Assembly (NCBI GenBank): GCA_038496445.1
Contig: JALMLS010000450.1
Coordinates: forward strand, 62,001 to 126,000
Direction: 5' to 3'
From: Trichosphaerium sp. ATCC 40318
Lineage: Eukaryota; Protista; Tubulinea
Length of the DNA stretch: 64,000 bases
The position numbers and the translations under genes are program-made. The first letter of the stretch is position 1, and each line of letters opens with the position of its first letter. This document shows, piece by piece, positions 37,780 to 51,391 of the stretch. The notes beneath the pieces are model-generated. The model ran no database searches, was not told where the DNA came from, and saw nothing but the letters and a program-made list of their open reading frames with translations.

Positions 37780-40495
37780 CTACAATTGATTGTTCATTTG
37801 ATCGTTACCAATAAGTAATGCTCGGAAATTCTCATAAACTTGTTCATTACGTTGCTAGACAAGTACGTTAGTAGGACGCAAAAAACATGACTTAAGCAAA
37901 CTTTTTTTTGATTTCAAATATTCAAAAAAAAAGCGAAAACGTGCGGAGTGCTTACCTCTTGTTGACCATTATTATTATACCGTTGTTCTAATAATGATGA
38001 ATATCCTTGGTAGTTACTGGATAGACCTCCTTGATCACTTGAGCCTAATGAATGCGTATTGTGTAGTGGATTATGTTGGTTTCGGTTTATATGTTGCTGG
38101 GATTGACTACCAGCTGATTGATGAAGTAAATTTGATACAGAGTTATGCAAAGGGTTATGATGCAAGTTTTGGCGCTGTTGAGTTTGAGGCTGATAAGCCA
38201 TCAAACCATTCGAAGAAGACCTATTTTGACTATGATCTAATCCTCCTTCACTTTGTTCTCTCAGAGAGCTAGATGTATTATTACCACCCAGCTGGTCAGA
38301 TAAACCTTTATCCAAATCACGCATACTATTATGCATTAAACCAGGTACATTGAAGTTATCAAAATTATCCATCAAAGAACCAGACCCAGAATTTGTCAAA
38401 TTATTAAAATAAGAAGAACCGCCTCCTAATTGTTGCATTGGTTGATATGAGGATAATCCTGGTTGTAAGGAAGGATGTTGGAAACCAGGAGGAGCTCCTT
38501 GAATACCTCCTCCTAAGCTAACCCCATTTTGAGATAATTTTTGAGGGAATCCTCCAACTGCTTGTTGTTTTGATATTTCTCTATCAATAGAAAGTCCTAT
38601 TTTTTCACTTTGCTTCTGGCTTGCAGTTATAGCGTTCATTTCTGATCTAAACTTAACCATTTCCGTGTATAGCTTGATGTGTTCCTATAAAACGTATAAA
38701 TAAGCAATGTAACGTTATAAGACGCTCTGGAACTCAACAGAAAAAACACAAAAAATTTCAAAAAAATCGTACTTGACCAAGCTGATTTTGAAGTTTCGCT
38801 CGTTGGAACAATTCTGACCTCAAGTGGTTATTTTGTTCTGCCAATTGCTTGACTTGATTCTCCAATACAGTTACACGTTGTAGAATACATTCCATATTTA
38901 ATACAAGTACCTAAGCAAACCATTTGTAAGCGGGAAAACGAAAACGAAAAAAACCCAAAAAAAGTGTAATTTTTTTGACACATTGCATTTTATCGTGATA
39001 ACGTACATGTTGTGGTATGGTAGGCTGATTCTGAGAGAACCCGTTATCCTGAGTGTTAATATCAGGCTGAGAAGAGTTATCAACCTCACTATTATTGGCG
39101 ACTTGATGCTGTTGCTGTTGCTGTCCGTAATCGCTAACAGAATCGCTAGCACTCTCGCTAACTTCAGACTCAACTTCAATATGCTGTTGAGGTTTTTCTA
39201 CCTCTCCAACATTTCCTCTCTGTTGATGAGGAGAAGGAGGCCTCTGGAACTGCCCTTGGTCGGGAACTTGGTTCGCTATTTCGCGTTGAACTTGATGCTC
39301 TTCTTCTCTTATTTGCCTTTGCATCTTTGGCAATGCCGTACCATTGTTATTTTGAGGTTGTTGCGCCTTGTGCGGTTTGTGATTTCGCACTTGCGGTGAT
39401 GGCGCACTCCGCGTGAGTTTTTTGTTATATACATTATGATGAGACTGTTTTACATCCTCCATAAGTTGACCACCAGGAATATGATTTGAATCATATTTTC
39501 TAGTCGCTTGAACACTTGATGATTGTTGCTGTTGCTGTTGGTGGTGGTTCACTGACGAGTGTTTCTGTTGTACAAATTGTCGGCCGGCCCTTGGTCCAAC
39601 TGGTTGGTTAGGTACCGAGGGTTCATCCGATCCGCGTGAAGAGGTGATTGTGTAATGATTTTTGTGGGTAGTTTTGTTGTGAAGGCTGTTTGGCATACTC
39701 ACTTGTGCAGCAAAGCTGTTTTGGCTATTATAACCATGGCCAGAAGATTCTTGTTGACTTCTAGCAGAAGTCGGTTTTGTTGAACGTGGTTTTTGCTGAA
39801 AGCCTGTTTTGCTTGGTAAACCCCTTGTGGATTCTGAAAGAGATGGAAACTCACCTAATATAATATAAGAAAACCTGTTCTTGAACATCAGTTGCAACTG
39901 CGTTCAAAATAGAACGAAATAAGCGAAAAAAACGAAAAATCATTGGAAGCATTGTATCCAATTTTTTTTTTTTCTGTTTGATGATTCATCAAGGTTTCCT
40001 CAGTTGTACGTACCTCCTGTAAAGGATACTGGTTTTTTTTGTTTTGGAGGTGCTTTACTATACCTATCCACATCACCGCCATGTGAATAGCTTGTACTAG
40101 AAGGAAAGCTTAGGAATATTGCGTTTTTTTTTTGTTTTTCGGTTTTTTTTGTTGATGGAAGTCTACAAAGTAACTACGTACTGAGTTCTTATTGGCGGTG
40201 GAGTAGCAACGCTTGTAGGCGCGCCTTGGGACCAAGCATTGTCGTGTGAAGATAAGCTTGATTCTATCGGAGTAGCCAGCGATATAGTAGTTCGGGTGTT
40301 AGTCTTCTTTTTCTTAGCCCTGGTACGGCGTTTTTGTTTTTTGGAGCCATTTTGATTCTTTTGAGGCGTCAATGTTGTTTAGACGTATTTTAAATAATTT
40401 GGTATAAAATTATACGCTACAAAGGCGTAACAGGCGTCACGTACCATTTCATCATGATCCTGCGTAAAAAGGGCGCTAAACTGATTGGACATCAT
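37780..40495 (-). CDS. Low-complexity Q/N/S/H-rich protein with central coiled coil
   Basis: Long exons 38911-39897 and 37914-38660 joined through a coiled-coil exon (VTVLENQVKQLAEQNNHL); GEFPSL motif. Confidence 0.7.
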
Positions 40496-41086
40496 CTCTT
40501 TGAATCTGAAATGTAGTTAGCAAGGCGATGAAGGTAAAAAAAGGCGGTTTACATCGCTTTCACACCATCGAAGAAAAATCATTAAACAAGGGCGAGATTA
40601 CTCTCGCAGCTACAAGCAAAAACGCTTGGAATTGCAAGAAATATAATAATCGGATAATACGTACAATATTGCCTGAAAAAAGGTTGGAGGTATAGTGTGG
40701 GAGCGCTGGCGCTGTAAAAAGGTTGGTATATTTGTGTTGGAATAAGCCGCCAGAAATTCCTAGCTTAAGCGACGTTTAACCTACGCATTGTAGGTTCTTT
40801 TTTTGCAGGCACAAAGGTATAACTTTTGATGATTTCAAGCGGGATTCTGAAAATGTTATCTGTAAACTATATAATTGTGGCTTTTACATGTCAATTTAAC
40901 TCTATCACGTATACTCAGATTCATGAAGGCATGTTTAGACATATTACATTACAGTCACAGAGAATCAACATGACTGCTAATGCAACATTACAGTGTTAAC
41001 GTGCACGCCTAAAGTCATAACGTCGACGCACACAGGCACCAAAAAACCAAATTCCCCAAAAAACTGCCGTAAAGCGACACAATAAT

Positions 41087-43185
41087 ATGTATACGCGTAC
41101 AATTGCAGAAAACAAGATAAAGGTAAGCATTAGCAAAAAAAAAGGCCTTTTTTGAATAAACTTGCTTGTGAAAAACCAACCTAGAATGCTCCTAACACGA
41201 TTGTCTGTTATAGCATGGTGCAATAGCCATAATAGCAAGCTGTTTGGTACTTTATTTTACCATGTATCTTCGTGCGACCGTTTTTCCTCAACGTTTGTTC
41301 CGTTATACTCAAATACAGACCGGCGAAGCATCTTTAGCGCCATCGAGGTTTGTCCCATTCAAGGTGCGCAGCTCGAACTCGGAAAACATGAATAATTGTT
41401 TACCCGGCATTCTTTTATCAACAGGCAGACACTAAATCGCTCTTTAATAATGTATTCTCTCGTTATCAAACATGGCATGCATCACAAATGACTACAGAGT
41501 ACGAAAATGAGAAAACCAAAAAAAAAAAAAGAAAAAAAAAGACGGAGTTCTCATTTTGTTTGTTCTCCGTCTTGTGTTTTAATTGTTTGTTTGTAGTGGT
41601 TGTGAAACACGTGAATTTATTGTATGGAATCAAATAGCTGGGTTGGGTAATAGGTATTACTCGTTGTATGCTGCAATGGACTTGGCAATTACACTTGGTC
41701 GTGTTCTTGTTATTGAATGGCCTGAGTTTGAAGATGTCATTGATTTTCCTTTTAAAGAGTTTTATTGGCGTGATAGTAAGTAATAGGAGTATTCTTTAGA
41801 AGCAGTACTACTTAGCTCTTTTGTCTTTGTTTTAAATTACAAATTGTTCCAAATTTTTTGTTTTTACGTTTTACAGTCATTTCCTTTACAATCGATTACT
41901 TGCTTATCCATCACGTGGATTTTTGTTAAGTTATTTTCATAGTTTTGGAGAAAGGATATATCTGTCATAATGATGTGGTGGGCGTATCTGGGTTACAATT
42001 TAAAAACTCCAAGTAGGATTATTGAACAACTTTTTTTTTTGTTTTCTAATTCAACAAAGGGCAGATCCGTGGAGTGACTATCCTATTCACTACAATGGAG
42101 TATCATACATACAAGATGGGTATTACATAATTTGCATATTGCCATCTGATGAAGAAATACTAATGTTTTGATGGTAGAGTGAGAGAAACGCTTAAATCTC
42201 GTGATACAGGTGGAAGAAGTACTCTTCCAAAAGTAATTGTGGTATGTTGATGGTTTGGGTTTCAGTGCATCTTATCATAGAGCCTAGTTGCTAGATTATA
42301 TTAGTCTCACATTACCAAAAGAATTATCTCCAATACAACAAATACTTGGTGGTGCAAAGGCCATGTTTGGAGAGTATGAACACCACAGCTCTTAGTTTTA
42401 GGCTAATGTACTAATCTTTGTAACAGGTTTTACACAGAACTGTTAATACCTTCAGAGCGTGTACAAAAGGAGATGGTAGGACCTGTTTTGGAAAAGTTCA
42501 AAGACCACTTTGTTGTCGGTATGCATATTAGGACAGGGTGGGAGAATAGCTTGTGTGCGTTTTTGTTATATTTTACAAAGTGTTTTCTACTTGTTTTTGA
42601 CATTTGAGGTCCGAGCTGTGTTTGGACGTTATTTACTCATAAAGGTTAATTAATTGAGTTTTGTTATAGTGCCATGGAAGATCCTGTATTATAAGCGTGA
42701 GCTTGGTAAAGAAGATATAAATAGATTCGAAAAATGCTATTTACACTTTGATAAAACAAATGAAAAAACTGTGTTGTTCATTACATCAGACGCTCAACAT
42801 ATTGTTGATGAATATAAAAAGAAATATGGAGATAAGGCAATTATTGTAGACTCTAAAATAGCTCATGTTGGTATGTTTCGCTTATCTGACAAAAATCAGT
42901 TGAGAAAACTTTTTTGTTCCTTTTTTTTTCTTACTTTTCGTGTTTGTTTTTGGTTTCTGATCTCTCTTAGATACTGCATCTAGTTGGCATGCTAAAGCTA
43001 AAATATTCTCTGATAACTACCTACTAAGGCAATCAGATGTATTGATACTTTCAAGACAATCAAGTTACTCCGTGGTAGCTTCTTATGGTAAAAAACATTA
43101 TTTTATTAGCGATTCAAAATGCGGACAGCCTTTGCATTTTAAATGCTTTGGAGCACAAACTGAGAATGAACCTGATTTTTGTTAA
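41087..43185 (+). CDS. Type II membrane fucosyltransferase-like glycosyltransferase (GT37/GT23/GT11-like fold)
   Basis: N-terminal TM; AGLGNRYYSL; VVGMHIRTG; LFITSD; DNYLLRQSDVLILSRQSSYS. Confidence 0.8.
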
Positions 43186-43636
43186 CAAACAAAAACAAAA
43201 TTGGCATATCTTACTTGAATTTTTACCGCCTCCAAACCAAAAAAACAAAGACTGAAAAAAAAAACTATGTACCAAAAAATAAATTGCCAAAAATGGTAAA
43301 CTACCTCTACTAATGACCACCTTCTTTACGTATCAGTGTGAGTTTGCACTTGTCCTTTAATATTGTGTTCAAATCCGTTGTACAAAGGATATCTAAGTGA
43401 TTAGCTCATAAATTGTTTTTATTTCAACCAATTCAACTATTCTGCATAAAGTGTCCCATCACTACAACTAGTACAAATTATACCCACTTGCCAGTGGGTT
43501 CTACCTCTAAACGAGACAATAACAGCAAACGAGCTTAAAAAATGTACAACAAAGTTAAGAATTTGGTTGTCAACTGGTTTATTCTTTTCATGCTTCATGT
43601 CCTTTTTTCATACCTAACAACGGTCACTACCATAGC

Positions 43637-44665
43637 TCAACGCTGAAGCAATTCTCCGTTTTCATTCCAGACTGATATCCCACCATTTACTATTCCATCA
43701 AGTAAAACATAGCTTTCCTTCAAGAGCCCATTTTTGTGCCATTCCGTTTTTTCACCATTTTGTATACCATCAATCCACATACTAGTGGACTTTAGTTGTC
43801 CATTGTCATACCACTCTTTCCCTTTCCCAGTTTGTTTACCATCAATCCATGTACCGGAGGATTTGAGCTGTCCATTCATATACCAAAATCTGCATGCCCC
43901 ATTTTTCTTATCAGCAAGCCATATGCTACAGTACTCAACTTGTCCATTCTCATACCATCCCTTCGCTTCACCGGTTTGCTTGTCATTAAGCCATATACTT
44001 TCAGACTTAAGTTGTCCATTCTCATACCAATCTTTTGTTGCACCATTTTGAAGACCATCAGCCCACATTGTCTCTGCCTCAACCTTACCATTCTCGAACC
44101 ATTCTGTATGTTTACCTATTGGCTTTCCATCAACCCAATTACAATGTACCTTGAGTGAACCATTTTCATTCCACCTGTGGTATTCACCATTTTGTTTACC
44201 ATTAAGAAACATGCAATGGACTTTAAGCTGTCCATTTGAGTGCCAATATTTGTATTCTCCATTTCGTATACCATCAGACATAGTTGTTAGTTTTATAAGT
44301 TGTCCATTCTCTCCCCAAACTTTGAATAAACCATTTTTTTTATTATCCGCCCACATGCCATGGCAGTAAAGTTTTCCACACTTACGCCATGTTTTAGAAT
44401 CACCATTTAGTTTCCCACCTCTTGAATAGTGGAAATGAGCCTTTACCTCTCCGGTTTTGTACCATTGAATCCATGGTCCTTTCTTGTTTAATGCTTCATC
44501 AAAATGTGTATCGAGTGCTGCTCTTTTTGACAATGTATGGAGCTTTGTAAACGCTTCAATGTGGGATGCAGATATCCGCGTTAGAATTTCACATGGGAGA
44601 TCCAGCAAGGTCACAGACGGCATGTTCTGTTTTTTTAATTGGAGTTTTTTACTAGCCGAAGACAT
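43637..44665 (-). CDS. Intronless F-box-like protein with MORN-variant repeats
   Basis: LLDLPCEILTRI followed by about 11 repeats of W.DGKQNG..KEWYENGQLK. Confidence 0.85.
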   Translation of the reverse strand: MSSASKKLQLKKQNMPSVTLLDLPCEILTRISASHIEAFTKLHTLSKRAALDTHFDEALNKKGPWIQWYKTGEVKAHFHYSRGGKLNGDSKTWRKCGKLYCHGMWADNKKNGLFKVWGENGQLIKLTTMSDGIRNGEYKYWHSNGQLKVHCMFLNGKQNGEYHRWNENGSLKVHCNWVDGKPIGKHTEWFENGKVEAETMWADGLQNGATKDWYENGQLKSESIWLNDKQTGEAKGWYENGQVEYCSIWLADKKNGACRFWYMNGQLKSSGTWIDGKQTGKGKEWYDNGQLKSTSMWIDGIQNGEKTEWHKNGLLKESYVLLDGIVNGGISVWNENGELLQR

Positions 44666-44929
44666 CTTCTAGGAAAAACCAATAAATGACTAGCGAAACA
44701 AGCGCGAGGTGAAAACTTGACTTATCCAGCTCTAAAAATTGTCTAATGAGGTGTTTTCTGGCGTACTGCTTACTGTAAACCTAGAGGATGCCTCTGATGC
44801 TTTCAATACCAAGGAAAGTAATCTACAGACTCTTTTAGAATAGAGTGAGACGCGCTACTTGTCTGTACCGCAATTCTCAGTATACGAGTGTCTTGCTTAA
44901 CTGAAAGTAGGATAAGTCAAGGCATGTTT

Positions 44930-45115
44930 AATTTAGCGGTCAACGTTAGTGTGAGGTAGAGCTTGTGAAATCGTTTTGAGAATTCTCGGGTTAGTTTCAA
45001 TGCTGTCAGGAGATACAACGTGACCTAACAACTTCACCTCATCCTTGAATAGCACAGTCTTTAAGCATAACATTATACTCCTCCAAGGAGGTCAAACATG
45101 AGTCTAAGATACAAT
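44930..45115 (-). mobile_element. Degenerate Ty3/gypsy-type reverse transcriptase fragment
   Basis: Frameshifted LRLMFDLL/EEYNVMLK/TVLFKDEVKLLGHVVSPDSIETNP resembles the post-YxDD block L..VF..L...NL.L...KC.F...EV.FLGHVVS..GI..DP. Confidence 0.7.
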
Positions 45116-45437
45116 GTGTAAATTATTTATTAAAAGTATAAGTCCAAGGATGCTGAGGTGTAAGCTTTCCATCTCTTACTGTGAAGTGAACATCGTTGAT
45201 GCTAATGTCAATGAAAGCAAGGCCATTTTTTCCGCTTGGAACAGGCAACTTTTGACTTAATGGTGTACACGCCGTCACGTGGACTACTGACAAACCCAAC
45301 ATAGTACGCTAGATTACAGGTAAACGCTTTTTCCTCAAATAATCCTACATAACTTACCCAAAAGTCAATAAGAATGTATTTTATTTTTTTTTGATACAAT
45401 AATGGGCTGCTAGTTTACAAATAAACTCAAAACAAAC

Positions 45438-47806
45438 CTAAGTTGACGAATTGTTTTCTAAAGCTTGTACAGCCTTATCAATGGATCTTTGTGAGTAGTA
45501 TTTCCTTAAAAAAAGTAAGAATAATCTAAGAAAGCCTTTGAACATACTTTGCGAGAAACCCGACCACTGCCAATATAACGACTAATAACAGTACGCATAC
45601 TACTACTACAGGAATGAGCCATATTTGTGTATCATTTCCTTCATCACAGATACTTTCTCTACTAATTAAAACATCCATAGCTCCTTGTCTTCTTACATTT
45701 TTTGTTGTGTACTGTACACATTCATCGTCCTATTACAACGTTTAGAATAATTGCTGTTTCATAAAAATACTTACATTGTTTTCAATATGTATGGATACAG
45801 AGTCTTCCCCGCTCTAGAACAGAAAAATCATAAGTCACGTGAAAAGGGAACCAAAAAAAGAAAAAAAAGGTTGAAACAAAAATTGTACAATGATGCAATC
45901 TCCTTCAAGGAGCGGATATAGAGTACTATCGCCGAAAGTGGCGTTAAGAGTTATATGAATTGTTCCTGTTATATTTATGCATCCAGCCACATTAATAGTA
46001 GTTCCAGCACGTAAAGTTAAATTACCTAAACTCCAGTCATAAAAAAAAGGAACTAAGGCAAAGTTCGGACCGTTTTCTGAAATAAGCAAGTCTCCAAGTA
46101 TGTCAATATCGTATTGTGTTATCGTAACTATTTCAACAACAACATCTCCTGGTAACACAACTTTACCATCTTCACAATTAAATTTAGCACAATCTAGGAA
46201 TGGTCAGTGGCTCCCAAACTCAAAAAAAAAAACAGCTACAAGTTGTACCTATTTCTGAAAGAATGGATGGAGAGTAGTCAACATCTAATTGAATCGTCTT
46301 ATTGATAGGTAATATACTAGAAGAGGATCGAGGGTTAGAGTTGACTCTTCTACTAGTGTTATTAACGTACTCAAAGTTAAGAGAGGAAAGCGCTCGTTGA
46401 GTTCCTAGAGCAATTTTCGGAACAGTAAAACAGAAACCAACTAGACGTTGTTTTAGCAGAATCACATAAAAGTGTTGGCGTATGTACCTTTGTTTCCTAT
46501 GCCACCTATCAATACTCTTGGCGCTCCTACTCTTACATTCCGAATGAATATAGAGGATGCACTTACGTTGTAATTTCCAGAAACACTTGTGGTACACAAA
46601 ACACATGATCTACTGAACGCTGACAAAGAAAACAAGCCATTTTGTGATAGGAAACCTTAACAAAAAGAGTAAGGGTCTAGAAGTTAGATTGCTCCATAAC
46701 GATGGGTCTAATATGTACCTTCATCGTGATACAAAGCACAAGAGAAGTTTGGAACGGATGGCGGTGTTGGTGCGATAGTTTGATTGGCAGCTCTGTAGGT
46801 AATATTCAACGTCGGCTTGACACTATCTCCGTTGGCATAGTCGCAGCTTAACAAATATGATTAAAGACATGTCCAGTACTTGAGTAATAAAAAACCTGGT
46901 AACGCTACACACGCATGCTTATAGTGCTCTTTAATAGAGTTATAATGTACAAAGACAATTACACTTGCGTTTAAGTCAATGTAACAAAGAAAGTACAGTT
47001 GTTTTTTTTTGAATCACTTTTTAGTGCTTGCCAAAAAACGTACCTGTACGCTTTTACTAAATCTGTAGCTCCCTCTGCTTGAACGAATATCCATCCATGA
47101 TTTTGTTTTGTACTTTTTTGTGAACTCCAGTACTGCACAGATGACAATACATTAATTGTTATCATCCCAACAGTATCATTATTTACAGTATTAGCAGTTC
47201 TAGGTGCCACCAAATTTTCGATGCTGTCAGCCCAGTTATCAAACGTTGCTGTGCTGTTCCATGGTTTTAAAAGAACGTGTGATGTGCCGGGTAATTGATA
47301 TTGAACAGCTACCAAATGAAGCGTGGCGTTTACTATCGTAGCATTATCCGGAACAAGGCCACCTAAACTCAAAAAAAATTAATAACGTCAGAAACAATCA
47401 CGTTTTAAAACAGTCACGTGCTTGTTTTTTTTTCATCTCGCTAATATATTTTGTAAGAAACAAGCACGTGATTGTTTACAACGTGATTGTTTTTCAACAA
47501 TTAAAAAAGTCAGTTCAGACTCACCTTCGCTCTCAAATATCTTGAACTTAATTAGCACATACCGTAACCTCCCATTTTCTACACTCCAGTACAAAAAATC
47601 ATCGTTGTTGTGTTGTACATCTGCTTGTTCGTTATCTACGAAGGTGTCTTCGCAATAAGTAAAATCTAGACCAACTATGGTGTCCGCTAATCAATTTAGT
47701 TTTACTCGGCCAAATTTTTCCGCATATTACCGTCAGTTGAGGCGCAGTATATCGCGAGCGTAGCTAGTAAAATATGTACGTGATGACTACGACACTTGAA
47801 AAGCAT
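45438..47806 (-). CDS. Type I membrane protein with N-terminal DNRLRE/CBM96-like domain
   Basis: Signal peptide; EDTFVD; VPDNATIVNATLHL; KPWNSTATFDNW; INVLSSVQYW..NHGWIF; KPTLNITY; TM IWLIPVVVVCVLLLVVILAVV. Confidence 0.7.
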
Positions 47807-48317
47807 TTGTTTTCTTTCTAAATAAGTGGCCAACAAAATGTTATGAACTGAAAAGAAAAGTAGGTCGAAAAAGGAAGCTTGTTGACTAATTGGTCAAAAC
47901 ACACGTGTGCTACATAACAAGCCCACGATATACCTTTATGAAATAAATGCGTTTACCGTTATTTTTCATAAAACACTTTTTTGTTTGCTGCACCTTCTCT
48001 TCTGTGCACAGTCAGACAAGGGTTAACTGTATTCTAATAATGATTCTCACTATCAACACATTAGTTTATTTGCTTCCTGACCTCCATATCTTCACTCTAT
48101 AAAATCCTTCACATCACCGTGATCCATGTTATAAATAGGTTTTTTAACTAGCGGCTTATTTATTTTTCCGTTAATGTTAACCTACTGAGTGCTAGAGGAT
48201 ACTCATCACCGGTAGACTGCACAGGCTACGAGCCTTGAGAAAGGAAGTGTCCCTTGTAGGGAAGTAACGATAAAAGTGAACAAATTGGAGACCGGTGTAC
48301 TGGTGAATGTTTGTGCG

Positions 48318-50297
48318 TTATAAACTATTTCAGAGCACAAAATAACACGCGCCTGTTTGATAAGTGCAAATTGTATTTTTTTTTCCTTGTTTTACATACA
48401 ATACCCTACTTTCTGAGTACGGTACTATCAACCTTACTGTAGTCGGATTGACGGTAGTGATCCCAGTTTGCGACAGTAGAATTATGGATGGTGAGGATTG
48501 TGAAACCATAATCGTCGCTGTAGTGAAAAGCGGACCTAATGACACGTGTTAGTTTGGAGTTAAAAGAGTTAAGATAATTGAACGTACAAGTCAGAAAGAT
48601 AAGGCCAGTCTTTGCATAAACCTTCACGGTTACCTGCATTACCATTTGTAACATACATTGGTCCTTTGTTATCGAGTTTGTTATTGTAAACCTATATCCA
48701 AAAGAAAGCCAGTAAGAAAAAGAAACCGACTGAATGATTTTTTTACTGTACCTTGTGGAAGCGCTCGTACGCGTGTGTGTGACCGGATACACAAATATCA
48801 GCTTTTTCATATATCGTGCTTTCCATTGCTTCTCTCATTTTTTCGCCCTCAAGCTAAGAAGGCGTTAAAACGAATGTTGTTTGTCTTTTTAAAAAGCCTT
48901 CTTTTTAATACGTACATGGTGGCATGAGTTGGAGTTATACCATGGTCTGTGCCATCCCATGATAGACCAAGGAGCTGTGATCTTTTGAATTTCAGATTTA
49001 AGCCATGTGAACTGAGCAGAGCCTTGTAAAAAAAGTTAGCTAAAAAGGAATAAAAAACAAAGAATCAAAAGTCTCACTTTGATCGTATGGTTGACATCCA
49101 GTCTCTGAACTTAGAACAGTGAAATGAGCTAAAGGTCCAAAACTAAAACTGTAGAAGCAATTATCTGGTGCGCCACTTTCTCTCCAAGGGTTCAAAAATC
49201 GGTCCTTGTAACTAAACGAAGATATTAAACTTTTTAAACAAAAAGATCCAAAATAACGCTTAAAAATCCTCAAAAAGCGCTTTAACAACGAAAACGTACG
49301 GTGTGAAGTTATCATGATCTTCATGGTTACCAACACCGACAATGTATGGGATTGTAGCAGCTGACAAAAGACATAAAGTTAGTAAAGGAGATGCAAAATA
49401 AATAAAAAAATCCAAGGTACGCACTAAGTGGTTGACTGAGTGCAGCCCATGAGTTCCATCTCTCGTAGTCACCCTAAAGGATTTACAGTTAATATCATTA
49501 GGGTATTTTTTTCGCCTTACATCAGCGTAGGAAATGTCGCCATAGTGTACTATCTAAAATAATAGTGTAAGTTTAAAATTAATCCACAATATTCAACATA
49601 CCAAATCAGGCTTGAATTTAATCAAACCGTCTACTACCGACTTTGAATATTTAGTTTGTCCAAGATCGGCGATAATGCCGACTCTAAGTGTCCTTGGAAC
49701 GCTTGGTGGTGTTTTGAAAGACCACTCTGGACTCCAAGCCTTAACTAACGTGTTAGCTTGTAGATTTTGAGAAAAACTAAAAAGATGCAATATCACGTGC
49801 GCTTTTGCACTTTTAACGCCTAGCGTACCCCACCGCTTCCTGTACGGTAGTAATATACAGTATCAGGGGTCAAATTTGTCAAAAGTGCCTCATAGAGGTA
49901 GTGGGAGTCGTAACCCTCTGTACAAGTAGAAGAAATTAGTGTGTTTAAAAAAAAGCTTTGGAATTTTCTGCTAGAAAAATGGACGTACCAACTTCAAAGC
50001 GTTTTTCACTTCCTGCAGCTGTACGATTGTAATTTCCCTTTTGGAGGCCCCACTCTACAACTATAGGAGAGCCGATTAGAATGTGTACAACCTTTTTGTG
50101 GTAGAAAACGCACTATTTTGGTTTGTAGTTGTTGTTGTCCAACCAACGCGCATCTCAGTAGAGTCGCCCTTTAGTAGGTCAGTTTAATGGTTTTCTTAGT
50201 GGTTTCGCTTTCGTACTGTAGGAGTGATATGAACTTCAATCGGAGCGCTGTACGCGTACGCAATCAAGCATAGTGAAATAAAACAGAGAAGCTGCAT
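48318..50297 (-). CDS. Secreted purple acid phosphatase
   Basis: Signal peptide; FN3-like LTPDTVYYYR; metal-ligand motifs ADLG, GDISYAD, GNHE, WHRPWY, GHTHAYER. Confidence 0.92.
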
Positions 50298-50396
50298 GGT
50301 GACACTTCAACACTTGGAGACTGTGCTTAAAAAAAGGAAAAAAGCTGACTTAAATGTCACCATTTGTTGTAGCATACACTCGCTAAAAAGGGGAAA

Positions 50397-51391
50397 ATGC
50401 CTGGTGTCAAGGTCATCATTCAAGCTGTGGATAGTGCTAGTCTATTAATTGTGCGTAGAACGCTGTGCAAATTCGATAATAATGCTAATGTTCATAACTG
50501 TCGCTAGGATAATAAAGAGAAGTATGTGTCAATTGGTAAAGGTAATTAAAGCCCGTGCAGTGTTTGTTTTTTATGTACTTATAGGAATTGTCGTATTTGT
50601 TTGCTTTATGAAGACTGCTACGCCTGCAGATGTTGAAAAAGCAAGTACGTAGCCTGAAACTTATTTTGCGTTGAATTGAATTAACAATAACGTTACACTC
50701 CTCAAATTCGCTCTTAAACGAGATGGTTACACGATTAACACCTTTGCTTGTATTTAATATGACACACGCCTAGCTAACATAGTACCCAACCTAAAACTCA
50801 TGTGGGACACTGAAAAGAGCCAAAAGAGCACTGTGGCACTGCTAAAAGTATGACATATGAACTGACATTTCAGTACAAAAGGTCAACTAACAAGTCAAAA
50901 AAAGGGTGAAATTTTGGTTGTTCCACAAGCGTCTATTGGTGCCAAAACAAAAGGAAAATCTCTTCAGTACGTTAACATCATTTTATTGAATATTAATTAA
51001 ACACGCTCACTCTTTTATAGGTACCACAATTTGATCAAAAAAGATGAAGGCTCGAAGTAAGTTTTTCTACCATCAAACTCAATTTGTAAATGCATAGAAA
51101 AAACCAAACCACGTCACGTGACATCCAAAATAGCAAATTTTCTTTTATATTTGAACGTTGTTCATGTACAAGTTTTGTTGTGTTTGGTACTTACTTACAT
51201 ACTTTAGGATGTTTGACAACTTTGTTAAAATATTGACTGAGAAAGTTGAAGGTTCTTGTAAAGTAACATCAGGCGTATATGGGCACGTAAAACAAACTCA
51301 TTGAACCAATACTAACTTACGTACTTAAAGAAACCGCCAAGCTATGAAAATAGATTCTTCTGGGCCAAATACACACAACTTAGAGTTCTGA
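50397..51391 (+). CDS. DTD2: D-aminoacyl-tRNA deacylase 2 (DTD2/ATD-type)
   Basis: KVIIQAVDSASL, IGKGIVVFVCF, ILVVPQASIGAK, LQYH, GVYGNRQ, SSGPNTH. Confidence 0.85.

Noticed and set aside
34416-44665. Integrated giant-virus segment or toxin-antitoxin locus suggested by YwqK/MORN genes
   Set aside because: No viral hallmark or toxin genes; the MORN genes are interspersed with intron-rich host genes
45438-50297. Fusion of the purple acid phosphatase with the DNRLRE membrane protein
   Set aside because: The phosphatase ends at a stop at 48318, and the next gene has its own ATG and signal peptide at 47806
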